From: Trichomonas gallinae
Lineage: Eukaryota
Reading direction: 5' to 3'
DNA length: 35,858 nucleotides
NCBI GenBank assembly: GCA_008369845.1
Contig: MRSU01010298.1
Location: 1-35,858 of the forward strand
The position numbers and the translations under genes are program-made. Shown in pieces: positions 21,427 through 32,875 of the stretch; positions within the stretch are counted from its first letter, which is position 1; every line of letters begins with the position of its first letter. The notes under the pieces are model-generated. The model did no database searches. It was not told the DNA's origin and worked only from the letters and a program-made list of their open reading frames with translations.

Positions 21427-21473
21427 GGCTGTTCCAGCGGTATTTTTTTTTTTCATTGAAGTTGGCCACCTGC
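21427..21473 (-). pseudogene. Decayed ankyrin-repeat fragment
   Basis: The minus strand reads AG-(g)-ANFNEKKKYRW-(a)-TA, similar to GANINEKDKYGWTA. Confidence 0.4.
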
Positions 21474-22735
21474 TAAACAAACCAGTGCAATTGAATTATA
21501 CCTGCATAAATAGTTTAGAGCCTAATATTGCAAGATTTATAGCTGTAATGACTGAATCAATTTTTTTGATAATCGCTGCGTTATTTTAGAGTTTTATAGT
21601 AAGGATAAATATGTATTTTGGAGTACATGTAAATTACTCATCGCATGAAAAAGTGTTTCCATACATGTCCGCAATAAAAAATTCTGACAGCTGAAAATCA
21701 TGCAATTTTTCTTTGATTATTAAACCGACCCCCAACTAATTTGCTAATTTCCACCCTGAAAACCTCATCTTAACGTATAAAAATTAATGCCAATCTATTT
21801 GGACCTAATAATAACGAAAAATGAGTCAATAACCAGAATGAGATATAGTTACTAATGATAATGAATGACGTACAAGATAGGGGATGACAATATTAATCAG
21901 AATTTTTTGGAAAACTGCTGTTTATACACTTTTGTTGGAAATATTGATCAGAATCGGAATAGCAACGATTTCAATAAAATTTGAAAAATGAAATCAATTA
22001 AATTTTGCAATTCTAAGAAGATTGGACTGATTATTGGATAAATGATTTAATGACACAAAAAGCGATAATTGTACAACCATAAAATTTCGAAAAGTCTATC
22101 TTTCATATGACATTTAACCTAAAAAAATGATAAACTATGTCCAACCAACTATTTTTACTAACATATAGAGATAGTACATGGAGAGTATACATTTATTATT
22201 TTTCCAGTTATTTCCGATTCACTTTTTTGAAATAGAACCACTCTCAAATAGAAAAAAACTGCGTGATCATGTTATAACTCCGACATAAAATCAGGCGCGG
22301 ATTATAATAATACTTTTGATAAGATCACGTTAAGATAGTAAAAAATGGGAAATTTTCTTTCAAATGTGTTATTCGGCTTCGTTATATTTCGGGTTAATTT
22401 TGATACACTTATTGAGTATATTAATATTTTATTAAAACATATCCAAAATTGTTTATTGAAAAGCTTTGTAATATCGATATATTGGATATATATAGCATTT
22501 TCCTTAAATTTGAAATAACCCATTTGGGTTCTTAAATTTTTTCAACCTTATCAATTTTATTGTTTACATCAGAAAAATTTCTGAAGTGAAACCAGACTTT
22601 TCAGAACCCTCAGAAATTGATAATAATTTATTTTATCTTCAAAATATTTATTGTGATTTTTATTCGTTGTGTTATTCCTAAACATTTGACAAGCATTATA
22701 TTCAAATTTTTTTATTTACACATTTTATTTTAGTC

Positions 22736-23260
22736 ATGTTGTTTGGCCATGTGCTTGCACACAAGGATAGGTTCTCTACGGAAGAAGATCAAAACTTGAT
22801 TGCCATCGTGGAGACGTTTGGAACGAAAAATTGGAACTTAATCTCGAAAAAGATGAAAACAAGAAATCCAAGACAATGCAGAGACCGTTGGCGGAACTAT
22901 TTATGCCCAGGACTATCAAATGCACCATTCTCAGAACTTGAGGATAAACATTTAGATGAGCTTTATCTCCAGTTCGGAAGTAAGTGGTCTAAGATTGCTC
23001 AATTCTTCCCGAACAGATCCTGCAACTCCCTGAAGAATAGATTCAAACAGAGAGTCACAGAAATAAAGAAGAAGAAAAAGATACAAAAATTGAATGCTAG
23101 AGCAAAAAAGACTCAAACAATATCGGAAGATAAGCCTAAAAAGATAGAGTTGGTGTCGAATCTTGATCAGATTGACTTCAATTTCCTTGTACAGATGCAA
23201 AATGATCAAATGATTCAATTGTTCGGAAATGAGGCAGAAGTTGCTGAATTATTCTTATGA
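22736..23260 (+). CDS. R2R3 Myb-like DNA-binding protein
   Basis: FSTEEDQNL...NWNLIS....RNPRQCRDRWRNYLCP and FSELED....GSKWSKIAQFFPNRS...LKNR, then a basic KKKKK stretch. Confidence 0.95.
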   Translation: MLFGHVLAHKDRFSTEEDQNLIAIVETFGTKNWNLISKKMKTRNPRQCRDRWRNYLCPGLSNAPFSELEDKHLDELYLQFGSKWSKIAQFFPNRSCNSLKNRFKQRVTEIKKKKKIQKLNARAKKTQTISEDKPKKIELVSNLDQIDFNFLVQMQNDQMIQLFGNEAEVAELFL

Positions 23261-24000
23261 ATTTCTGTTTGCTTGTTTTGTTTAAAAGGAGCTAAATATT
23301 ATTAAAATAATATTGATTTCTCCAACTCCAGGCAACATGCATTTCCGACCCTATTATATTAGTGTTAGTAAATTTTCAATATTAGATTGATTTTCAATAT
23401 TACATTCATGTTTTTTTTTATGATGAAATTTCTATCAAATAAAAGATGCAATTAATGATTGTTTACAAAATTTATAAGATAGGAATGAAATAATCGTAGA
23501 AATTTATTGTTAAATCCTATGATTTAAAATTTTGATATATTTTTTCATAAATATATTGTCTGAGACACAAGAAATTATAATGCGATCAGTAAACTTCATC
23601 AAAAAGAAGTCGTATTTTTTGATTAGACATGGATTGATTTTTCGAATATATATGATATCGTGAAATGTGCTTTAAATCGCATGATAAATGCTTTCGTACG
23701 TGATAATCAAATTATTTATCACTAGAAACTTTGGTAGTATCGATTGATATTAAAATTTTGATTTCTTTTTTTGATAAAAAAGGAACAATTAATTGATAAT
23801 AATGAATATTAATACGAATGAATATGGGAAATGATAGAGCAACCCAACATTCTTTAAATTTTCATATTTTCAATTTATTTTTGATCGATGAAATTTATGT
23901 TTGTCGATTGATTTGTCTATTTATGGCCCTAATAAGTTGACTGCTGATGATGAAAAAGTCTAAGAGTAATTGTTGTCTTTTCTTCATAAAAAATATATAT

Positions 24001-24053
24001 TGTCACTTTTCTAAAACCAATTTTTTGTCACTTTTGTAAAGTTCATCACTTTT
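24001..24053 (+). promoter_or_regulatory. Core promoter with three TCACTTTT (Inr-like) copies, two inside TGTCACTTTT, which contains the reverse complement of AAAGTGAC
   Basis: TGTCACTTTT at 24001 and 24026; TCACTTTT at 24046, 16 nt before the putative start codon. Confidence 0.65.
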
Positions 24054-24061
24054 CTAGTGTT

Positions 24062-25319
24062 TTGAGTTCTGCTTCTGAGAGTTCTGGTTCCCCTCCACCG
24101 GAGACAGATCTCACGCACGAAGTCCATACCATCAGGGAGCTCCTCGAAAGCAAGCATTTATTTGGCGCTTTGAGGACGCAGGACGCGCAATTTTCGAACT
24201 TGTATATCTTATTTTCTAACAAACAGTATAAAAAAGAATATAGGCAACTTGTTGGAACATGTACTATTGAGTGAGAACAGTTTGGCATCAAATAACGCAT
24301 TCATGTTAATGACCAATGCTCCAAACGACACAATCCTTTGCTTAATGGACCACGATATGCTATTTACGAGATCTACAGACGTACTGGCACATCATCCACC
24401 ACCATATTTAGTAAGTAGAGTCGCGAGCCTCTTATTAGCTATTTTAAAAGTCACGAATAATCCTACCAACATGTGCGTAAACATATTTTTCCAGTTATTG
24501 CCATTCATAGATAACATCGGCGTGTTAGATTTGTACGTGAATGTTACTCAGTCTTCATCTGAAATGTATGGATTCCATGAGCTTTTAGTCAAGAATATGT
24601 TCGCAGATTTAGTAAATCTTGAATTCGAAAATAACTGTTCCGACTTGAAACTAGCGAATCTATGTCGAATCGTGAGACATGCTTCGAAAAATCAAATTTT
24701 GGGTCCATCTTTCAGAAGAGACATTTTCGTCGACAGACTAGCAGTCTTAAGCATCGAGAATGACATATTTTTGAGAAATAACGTCTGGCAAGCTATTTCT
24801 ACGATGACTCATGATGATACAGCAAAATTACTACGATCGGTTGTTCCACTGGCACTAAATATTATTACAGAACCGTTTCATACGGTATATCTCTACACGG
24901 TTTGCGCGATAGACTTCTTAATGAAGATGCTAAATATCGAAAATAAATGCGAAGCAGAATTCCGGATTCGACAGATAGAAGGCACATTCACTAGACTAAT
25001 AGTACAATTCCCCGACTCTACAAACCTTCAAAGCTCATTATTCAGAATGATTCGAAATGCAATTAAATGGGAATCATTTGGAAAGTATCTATTACCATTA
25101 ATTGGCCCAGTAATACTTGATAATGCATTTGCCAACAATCATTCAGCTGCGAGGATGAATTGTATCGTGTTCCTCAACGATGTATTTGAATCTGGGAAGA
25201 GCTTTCAGCAGCAGATACTTATGTCTACACCAGGAATGGTCGCATTTAAAAAAGATATACTTAAGCCGGTATTCAAAGTCCTGAATTCGAACTATGGCGG
25301 AAGATTACCTTTGTTATAA
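24062..25319 (+). CDS. Two-exon gene join(24062..24201,24227..25319), about 410-aa helical protein, possibly SAPS/SIT4-associated-like; putative start codon is TTG
   Basis: Removing 24202-24226 fuses the two track ORFs in frame (...DAQFSNF-IKKNIGNLLEHVLL...). LLPFIDNIGVLDL and terminal NYGG resemble SAPS-domain proteins, but that family call is tentative. Confidence 0.85.
24202..24226 (+). other. 25-nt spliceosomal intron (short trichomonad type), phase 2
   Basis: GTATATCTTATTTTCTAACAAACAG has a GTAT 5' site and a fused branch point/3' site TCTAACAAACAG, close to the trichomonad consensus ACTAACACACAG. Removal restores the frame. Confidence 0.92.
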
Positions 25320-26051
25320 TACATCAATCTAATATATTTGTGTTTGTTTTTTTAAACTGTTCAAGTTTTTGAATATTGATATTGTCTTGTTTGCTATTTT
25401 GCTTATATATCACTATATCCGTATAACGATCACCGTAATCTATTGGGTTAATGCATTACTGATTATTGAATTTGTATTTTTACAATTATCTTATTTTTTT
25501 CGTTTTTGATAGCGTTTTATTTGAATTATTCATTATGATCCTCCTGATGCATAAATGATACAGTTCTAAGTCGCTGAGTTATCGAATTCAAAAGTTATTA
25601 TAATTTGTATACCACTTTACATTTTTGAAATATATTTATATAAGCTGTTATAAGCGTAAATAACTCATGTAGCACGAGAAGGTTTTGAGGACTTTAATTG
25701 GCAGGATATAAAATTTTCATGATAAACGTTATTAGTTGTCGATTTATTTGCGTAATAAATCGAAAAATTAAATTCTTTCTACAATTTAATTTTCATAACA
25801 CATAGAATTTGATTACACAATTATTCGGATCTACGCAACAAATGGATAAGAAGAAGTCGATAATTTATTCAGGATATAAAAATTAAAAAATTCAATAGTT
25901 TACAATTAATATTTCCGCACAATTTTGATTATTTTTTGAGAACCTTTTCTATATGAAAGTTTCTATGAAATAACGATTACTTGTGGTTTTAAAATGCATG
26001 GAAATATTTTTTAAAAATAATACATAGCATGGTATAAAAACCCGTCAATTA

Positions 26052-26477
26052 TTAGTGGTAATTAAGAAGCATCCTGAAATCTGAGACATCAATGAATTCG
26101 CATGGCGCTGGAGAGTTTGGCTTTTCATTTTTCTCGGATCCTCCTGGGAGGAGTGGAAGAATGTTATGCCAATTCTCAGTGAACCAGCACAAAATACCTT
26201 GTCTGTATCTTCTTGCAAGACGATCTATGTTAACATTAAGCTTTTCGGCAATCTGCGCCGCTTGTGTTTGTAATACCAAGCAGGTCAGCTTAGGGCCATA
26301 AATAGACTCTAAGTGGGATATTACCATATTATATTTATCTCCAAGTTTATTTATCCTGTGGCGCATCCTTTCATGATCTCTCATGCTTTGGGACGTGAAC
26401 CTGTTTGCTGCTGCATTGCTGTGGCTCGTGAATTGGTATGGCTGTGGGTATATCGGTATGCTCATTGTATCTAACAT
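26052..26477 (-). CDS. Uncharacterised protein, 'IDRLA..CW..ENW / LLNYH' family (paralogue of 9540-9995)
   Basis: NIDRLARRYRQGILCWFTENWHNILPLL and terminal FIDVSDFRMLLNYH. Inr-like TCATTT just upstream on the minus strand. Confidence 0.88.
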   Translation of the reverse strand: MLDTMSIPIYPQPYQFTSHSNAAANRFTSQSMRDHERMRHRINKLGDKYNMVISHLESIYGPKLTCLVLQTQAAQIAEKLNVNIDRLARRYRQGILCWFTENWHNILPLLPGGSEKNEKPNSPAPCEFIDVSDFRMLLNYH

Positions 26478-27868
26478 TGATGATTATGAAATGAAAGAAT
26501 AACTGTAGTATTGAAATGTTTTCTTATCCTTATCAAAATTTTGAATGGTTAGCAAAACTCGGAACGTGTTATATTGCAGAATACATGCATATAAGGAAAA
26601 GTATTACATAAAGTTTATTGAGTTTTGAATTCGAGTACGTTTCATTTTTTTCATAAAATCAGCGCAATTACCTGGCGATTAAAATAATAATTATCCGAAC
26701 AATTAACATAGATATTTTCTGAAGTTTACAAATTATTTTTAATAGGAATTTTTGAATCGAAGTCTCTCAAAAAATAATCATTGATTTTCGGTAAATTAAC
26801 TAAGCATATGCATCCCTAATTAGAGCATTAAATCGCTAATTTTTTTGAATTGCTTATTGTGATCAGCTAAATAGTGATTTGCTGCCTCATCAAATCTGTT
26901 TAGAAATATACTATCTGTCCTATCTCTGTAGGGTTTTCGCTTCAGAAACAAGCATTTCTTATGATTTGAAAATTTTTTCACAATTCATTGAATAATATCC
27001 ATTTTATGTTTTCATTATTTATAGATGCAGGTGTTCAGGCAGAATACATTAAAATTAAATGTTTTCACTGAATTTTAATTTTTATTAGTTTTTTTAGATA
27101 GTACTCTACATATAATTAATAGTTTCTCGATAAATCATTTCCGATATTACTATCAAAATGTTTTGACAATCATCTTCAAAATTTTTGAGTACCACACAAT
27201 CATCTCTTGGGTTCATAATCAGCTGATTCTTCTATAAAAGTAATAAAATGACACTGAACTTGCAGATAACTCGCTAATTTTTAATATATACCATAAGATT
27301 TTTAATAATTTTTCGATACTGATCTTCAAAGATATACCGACACGTGACACTATATAGAGATAGATAAATCGAATTTATTGATGATGGTTTTGGGCTTTAT
27401 ATCTGTTCCAGACAACCAATTTTTTCGATAATATCGAGAAGGGATCAATTTTTTATACAAATAAAATTATACATAGATATCTTAATTATATCATTTCCTA
27501 ATGTTTATTTCTCACAACTGTGATTTTTGTATAATTTAAATCTTTCAATAGTAGCTAACATTGATAAATATACGAATTTATAAATTCAACTCTAGACATA
27601 TACTGCGGATCAATATGTTCAAGAGTATAATACTATCTTTAACATTGATTAGTTTTCAAAATCCATTCAAAAGATTGAATTAAACTCATAGATTAAAGCG
27701 CAAACCATATAAATAGTCAAACAAAACATATTGATAGAGTATATTTTTTCTAAATATCGTTTAGTGTAAAAATATAATTCAATCTTGTAAATTTTCAAGT
27801 GATGATCATAATATTTTTTATCTAAATTTGATTGAATATGTCGAAACAAATTGAATTCACTTTATATT

Positions 27869-29134
27869 TTAAATATTTTCGTCGAGATCAGATTTATCTT
27901 CATCAGGCTCAGTAATGAAGAAGTATCCGAACAATCCACCAGCGAAACTGCACACAGCAAAGAAGAGGCACGTGGGCATATATCCCATTCCGCCCTGATA
28001 CCTTCCAGTTTCCGGATTTTTGTCGCCAACCATTATAGGGAACAAGAAAAGAATCACGAAAGTCAATAATTGATTCACTGTGCTGATGATGGAATTACCT
28101 AAGGACCTGAGCTGCATTGGGAACAGTTCGGGGACTACATACCAAGGAACAGGGCCTAAAGCGAATCCGAAGAAAAACATGTAGAAACAGATGCAAATCA
28201 AAGCAATCCAGCCGTTCCAATCGAAGTTATAGCTCATTGCGTATATGAACAGTGTCACTCCGCAGCCAACGCTCGAAATTACGAATAATGGCATTCTTCC
28301 AAGCTTATCTATGAGAAAACCGCCTCCAAATACGCCAACTATCTGGAAAACAACAGAAATTGCTGATCCTATTCCAGAATCCAAAGGAATTTTAGCGCTT
28401 CTTAAATTATCATCGAGATTTTGGATAATAGCGTTAATACCGCAGAATTGCTGAACAAACATGAGACCAATTCCAACGAAAAGCTTAGTAATATACTTCT
28501 TTTGGCAAATAGAGATTTTTTCTTCGTTATTTTCATTTTCTTGTGTTGAAATTCCTGTTTCAGGACAAAACCAAATGAGAAAACAGCTTATAAAGTTAAA
28601 AACAGCAGATGTTACCTCCAAAGACCACCACTTTGTTGCATTTTTCTCGAGATTCACTGTCCAATTCCCTTGTAGATATATTATGATGGCGCCAATACAA
28701 ACTCCGGTTTGATTTAAGTTACCATAGAAGCCTGTGAGTCCAGATGGAGCTGTTTCTATTAACATTGTTGGAACTGTGGATGTAATTCCTCCAATTGCTA
28801 ATCCCATCATTGCTCTCATGAATATGAATATCCAAAACCTGTTTTGACCTGATGCAAGCATTATTAAAAAAAATATTGTTGATGCAAATTGCAAAATAGC
28901 AAAAACTGTACGTCTTCCTGTAAAAATAAGGATTGATGTTGCTATATATGGTCCAATGACAGCAGTTAATGAAAGGATTGCAGTGAAAAATTGAATTTGG
29001 ACCTTAGAAATGTTCCAATAATCCCTAAAAAACGGTGCCAAAGGAGAAGGAATAGCTACAGAGAATCCAAAGTTGATGGATCCCAAAATTATGATGAAAC
29101 CATAGATCAATTCCCTTCTACAGAAATTCGACAT
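27869..29134 (-). CDS. Major facilitator superfamily sugar porter (about 12 TM)
   Basis: GRR loop, ETAP...GFYG, CPET, QQFCGINA, LIDKLGR and LGPVPW.VVPELFP..LRS. Inr TCATTT at 29146-29151 on the minus strand. Confidence 0.95.
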   Translation of the reverse strand: MSNFCRRELIYGFIIILGSINFGFSVAIPSPLAPFFRDYWNISKVQIQFFTAILSLTAVIGPYIATSILIFTGRRTVFAILQFASTIFFLIMLASGQNRFWIFIFMRAMMGLAIGGITSTVPTMLIETAPSGLTGFYGNLNQTGVCIGAIIIYLQGNWTVNLEKNATKWWSLEVTSAVFNFISCFLIWFCPETGISTQENENNEEKISICQKKYITKLFVGIGLMFVQQFCGINAIIQNLDDNLRSAKIPLDSGIGSAISVVFQIVGVFGGGFLIDKLGRMPLFVISSVGCGVTLFIYAMSYNFDWNGWIALICICFYMFFFGFALGPVPWYVVPELFPMQLRSLGNSIISTVNQLLTFVILFLFPIMVGDKNPETGRYQGGMGYMPTCLFFAVCSFAGGLFGYFFITEPDEDKSDLDENI

Positions 29135-31346
29135 TTTATTTTATGAAATGAATTGAAATTGATTTCTGAGATTTTAACAACAACTAAAACACATGCATAT
29201 CTTGTCATTTTTATGAAAATAGTTGCATGGTCGAATGGTTTTGCTTTTCAAATTCATCAAATTGAATGAATTATTTCCCGATCCAGTGGAATTTTGCGTG
29301 TATACTCATTAAATGATATTATAATATTTTGAATTCAATTCAAACTTACCGTTTTTTTACGATTTTGTTGCAACAAAAATATCTATTCAATTTGGACTCG
29401 TGAACAAATAAAAATAGCCTTATTTAATGTATAATGATGATCTTGAAGATGTTTCATTTTCATATTCTTTATTATCAATTTTGAAATATTAAAAATGTTA
29501 TGATTTAATGATCAATATATAATATTGCTTGTCATTTGTGAAACAATGAATTTATATTGAAGCTTTAAAATCTATATTATTATATTTTTTATAAATCAAC
29601 ATGCAAGAGTAAGAATTATACTCAATATAACTTAAATATATTATTAATATAGATATTTAAACATGATAGTTATGCTAATATAAATTAAACACATTAAGAA
29701 ATATTTAACAAATATGTTCACGCGCGGATATATGCACATTGGATATTACTGTCATTAATATCCAAATAAAAATCATATGATAGTGGAAATAATAACAATA
29801 AAATCATATAAAGCTCGATTTACCGGAATGAAAATATTCTGAGATTTATGCTGAGATGATTTCTATATTGAATTATGCTAGAAATAACATATTATGCAAG
29901 CATTTGCAGCATTGTGTCTTAATTCATCACCATATAATATTTCATATTAATTTGTTGAACTGTAAGATAATTTTAAATATCAATATCATATATAATTAAC
30001 CTATACATCTTATCTCTATCGTTAAAATAGCTCATAATCAAAATTCGGTGATTTGAATTTTTCACTCGGATGATAACATTTTTCATTATCATACCAAATG
30101 ACTTTCCCAGCTATTGTTGAAGGTGTTGTATCTTTTCTACATTCACATTTCGATTTTTAATGATCTATTTCATTAATTTAAGTTTTCTATCGGATTAACT
30201 GGGAGATAAGAAGATATAACAATGATATGATGTAATATGGTCCAATCTGAGCCTCCGATAGCGATGAGGGAGCGTAAGCTTGTCTTGTCAAAAATAAAAA
30301 TCATCTAAAATGCCATTTTATTCGATACAATTCCTATTTTTTGGATCGCAAACAAGGTAAATCCATAATTATACTTTATTTTTGGATAATATCATTTGAT
30401 TAATTTGTGCTATAATAAAACTTAAAGATAGCTAAATTTTGATGATGTTCAACATTATAATATCGATTTATAAGATTAAATTATATGTCCAAATTCGATA
30501 AAATCATTCCTAACAGGAAATCAAAGGTCAATCAGAACTATAGCCCCAATGATATCATTGTTTAACCCAAGAAGATATCTCCTTCACTGATATTTTGCTG
30601 TTTTGCACGATGAACTTTCGCATAACTCCTGAGCTCTTTTTGTTTCGGAAATCGATTGTGCTTAAATACTGTTTAAACTTCGGAATACAGCAATATAAAA
30701 ATAGTTATCCCCAATGGATTTGGAATAATCGAAGAATAAAAACCCATTATTATGGAAATAATATGAGGCTTCGTTAAAAAGCCAAATTCGTTCACAAATC
30801 ACACTATATGACTGAGAAATGATGTTATCACAAGTAGGCTATTTTTCAATTTATTCTTTTGAAATGTACATACATTCAATTTATTTATTACTTTAGGAAT
30901 GGAATTCTTGGTATCAATCTATGCTTAATTTCTATTAGTTTTTCGTCCATAGCAAAATTTTGATCTGAAATGTTTTACGTATTGCTTTCATTTTTATTGT
31001 TCGATTTTGAGATCAATTACCGAAAAGGAGAATAATAGAACGATTCGCAGGATGATTAAAAAACCGAAATTGCTCACAATTTTTCAATACTGAAGTGAAT
31101 TAATTTCTGAAGATTGATGTAGAAAGTTCAGAAATTAATTTTATGACCGATTTTGATATCTTTAGTATTATAATCGATAGTCAAATCCAATAACACGAAG
31201 AATTCCGTCTCAATATAAAAAAAGACATTCAAAGTGATAAAAGCAAAAAATTGATCTATACTGTCAACGACGAATAATGTCAATATTCTTCTGCTAAGCA
31301 ATGAAAATTTGAATATTCTTCTGAAAACTTCACCAATATTCTACTG

Positions 31347-31823
31347 ATGATGAATATTTTTGTTCACTCACCATTTGGACACGTTCGTAAGCTACTACTA
31401 GGTGAATTTTGCAGCATAGGCAGCATAGAAGAAATCTTGAAGTTGGATCTTCCTCTGATTTTTTTGTACAAAAGTACAATTCTTGAAAAAAGCATGACTC
31501 TCAACGATTATTCCGTTAAAGACGGCGACCACATATTCTGCACACTGTATATATGCCGCCAGAGTCTGGAATTCCATAATTCTCTCACAAAAATTGCGTC
31601 AATGAAAACTCCACAACAACTCGGAATGCTGAAGAAGGAGTATGCAAGAATGACAGATGTTGCACTTATTAAAATCGATTCTAACTTCGAGGCTTATAGG
31701 AAAATTATTAAATCATATAAAATTCTGACCGATATAGATAGGGTGGAGCTTCCACAGTCAGATACAATAATACCAGCTCAGAGCACTCAACCAAACAATA
31801 CGGAGCTTCCAAAATTCTGGTAA
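31347..31823 (+). CDS. Ubiquitin-like-domain protein of the family ending LPxFW (paralogue of 7945-8430)
   Basis: MNIFVHSPFG...IFLYKSTILEKSMTLNDYSVKDGDHI, central KKEYARMTD...KIDSN...YRK, C-terminus ELPKFW. Confidence 0.85.
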   Translation: MMNIFVHSPFGHVRKLLLGEFCSIGSIEEILKLDLPLIFLYKSTILEKSMTLNDYSVKDGDHIFCTLYICRQSLEFHNSLTKIASMKTPQQLGMLKKEYARMTDVALIKIDSNFEAYRKIIKSYKILTDIDRVELPQSDTIIPAQSTQPNNTELPKFW

Positions 31824-32212
31824 TTTCAAATATTTTCTCATTAATATGGAAGCGACTGAGGCCGATTTAACCATATGCAATAGATTTGGACAAACATCAA
31901 CTTTTTAGGTTTATCCCTATTTCTTATTGTTTTGAGATGTTTTCGACCTTGAATTTCAAATCAATATAAAATCATGATCGAAAACGAAGGGAGTAGTAGA
32001 ATTCAGGTATTAAGTGGAAATGTTCAATGTTCACGCAATTTCCAATAATATGGAAAATAATTATTGTATTTCCATTTATTTTGATGCTGGTTACTTCAAA
32101 AGATATAGAGGAAACCTTTTATATTGTTATGTATATTATATGGTGTTCATCTCACCAACATATGTTTATTTTGTTGATTATTTGATAAACTATTAAATAT
32201 GTATTGATTTTT

Positions 32213-32830
32213 TAGTTTGATATTTGCAATACATTGGTCATAAGAATTTTAGATACGTAATAAAAAGTTGCTTTACAAAAATAATGAAAAAATTTTGTTT
32301 ACATTGGATTTGGCTATTGTAAAATAAATTTTTGTCATATAGTTGTCATAAGAATTTTATATATGTAATAAAAATAAGCATTGTCGAATTAATTAAAAAA
32401 ATCTAATTATTTTGGGCATCGACTTTCTAAAATAAATTTTTGCCATATACTTGGCATAAGAATTTTATATATGCTCTTAAATGGGGATTTAGAAATCAGA
32501 TTTTACTTATGGAAATGCATTGAATATGACAGTTTCTAAATAAATTTTTGCTATATGTTGGCCAGAAATATGCTATATATGCAAAAAGAAGAGGCATTGT
32601 AAAATTCAATTCAAAATTATGGAAATATATTGGTATCAACCATTGTAAAATAATTTTTTGTAATATACTGGACACATATATACTATATTATAATATAAAC
32701 AGGCATTGTAAATCAAATTTTATAATTTTGGAAATACATTGGATACAACCATTATTAAATATATTTTTGTCATATATAGGCCATATATATTCTATATCTA
32801 AAGTAAAAAGAGTCATTGTAAAATCAATTT
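32213..32830. repeat. Degenerate tandem repeat, 108-110 bp period, about 5.5-6 copies
   Basis: CATAAGAATTTTA at 32239, 32347, 32455. AAATAAATTTTTG-like at about 32322, 32430, 32538, 32648, 32757. G(G/T)CATTGTAAA at 32593, 32702, 32812. Confidence 0.85.
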
Positions 32831-32850
32831 TAAACAGACTTGTATAAAAA

Positions 32851-32860
32851 TGTCACTTTT
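32851..32860 (+). promoter_or_regulatory. Inr-like TCACTT within TGTCACTTTT
   Basis: Starts 25 nt upstream of the ATG at 32876 and is the same 10-mer as at 24001 and 24026. Confidence 0.65.
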
Positions 32861-32875
32861 CGTTAAATTTTTTTC

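Noticed and set aside
29200..31300. 2-kb intergenic region searched for pseudogenes, transposon ends and RNA genes
   Set aside because: I found no interpretable peptide, terminal inverted repeat or stable structure by eye.
32548..32847. 99-aa ORF
   Set aside because: It lies inside the 109-bp repeat, starts with TTG and has AT-biased composition.
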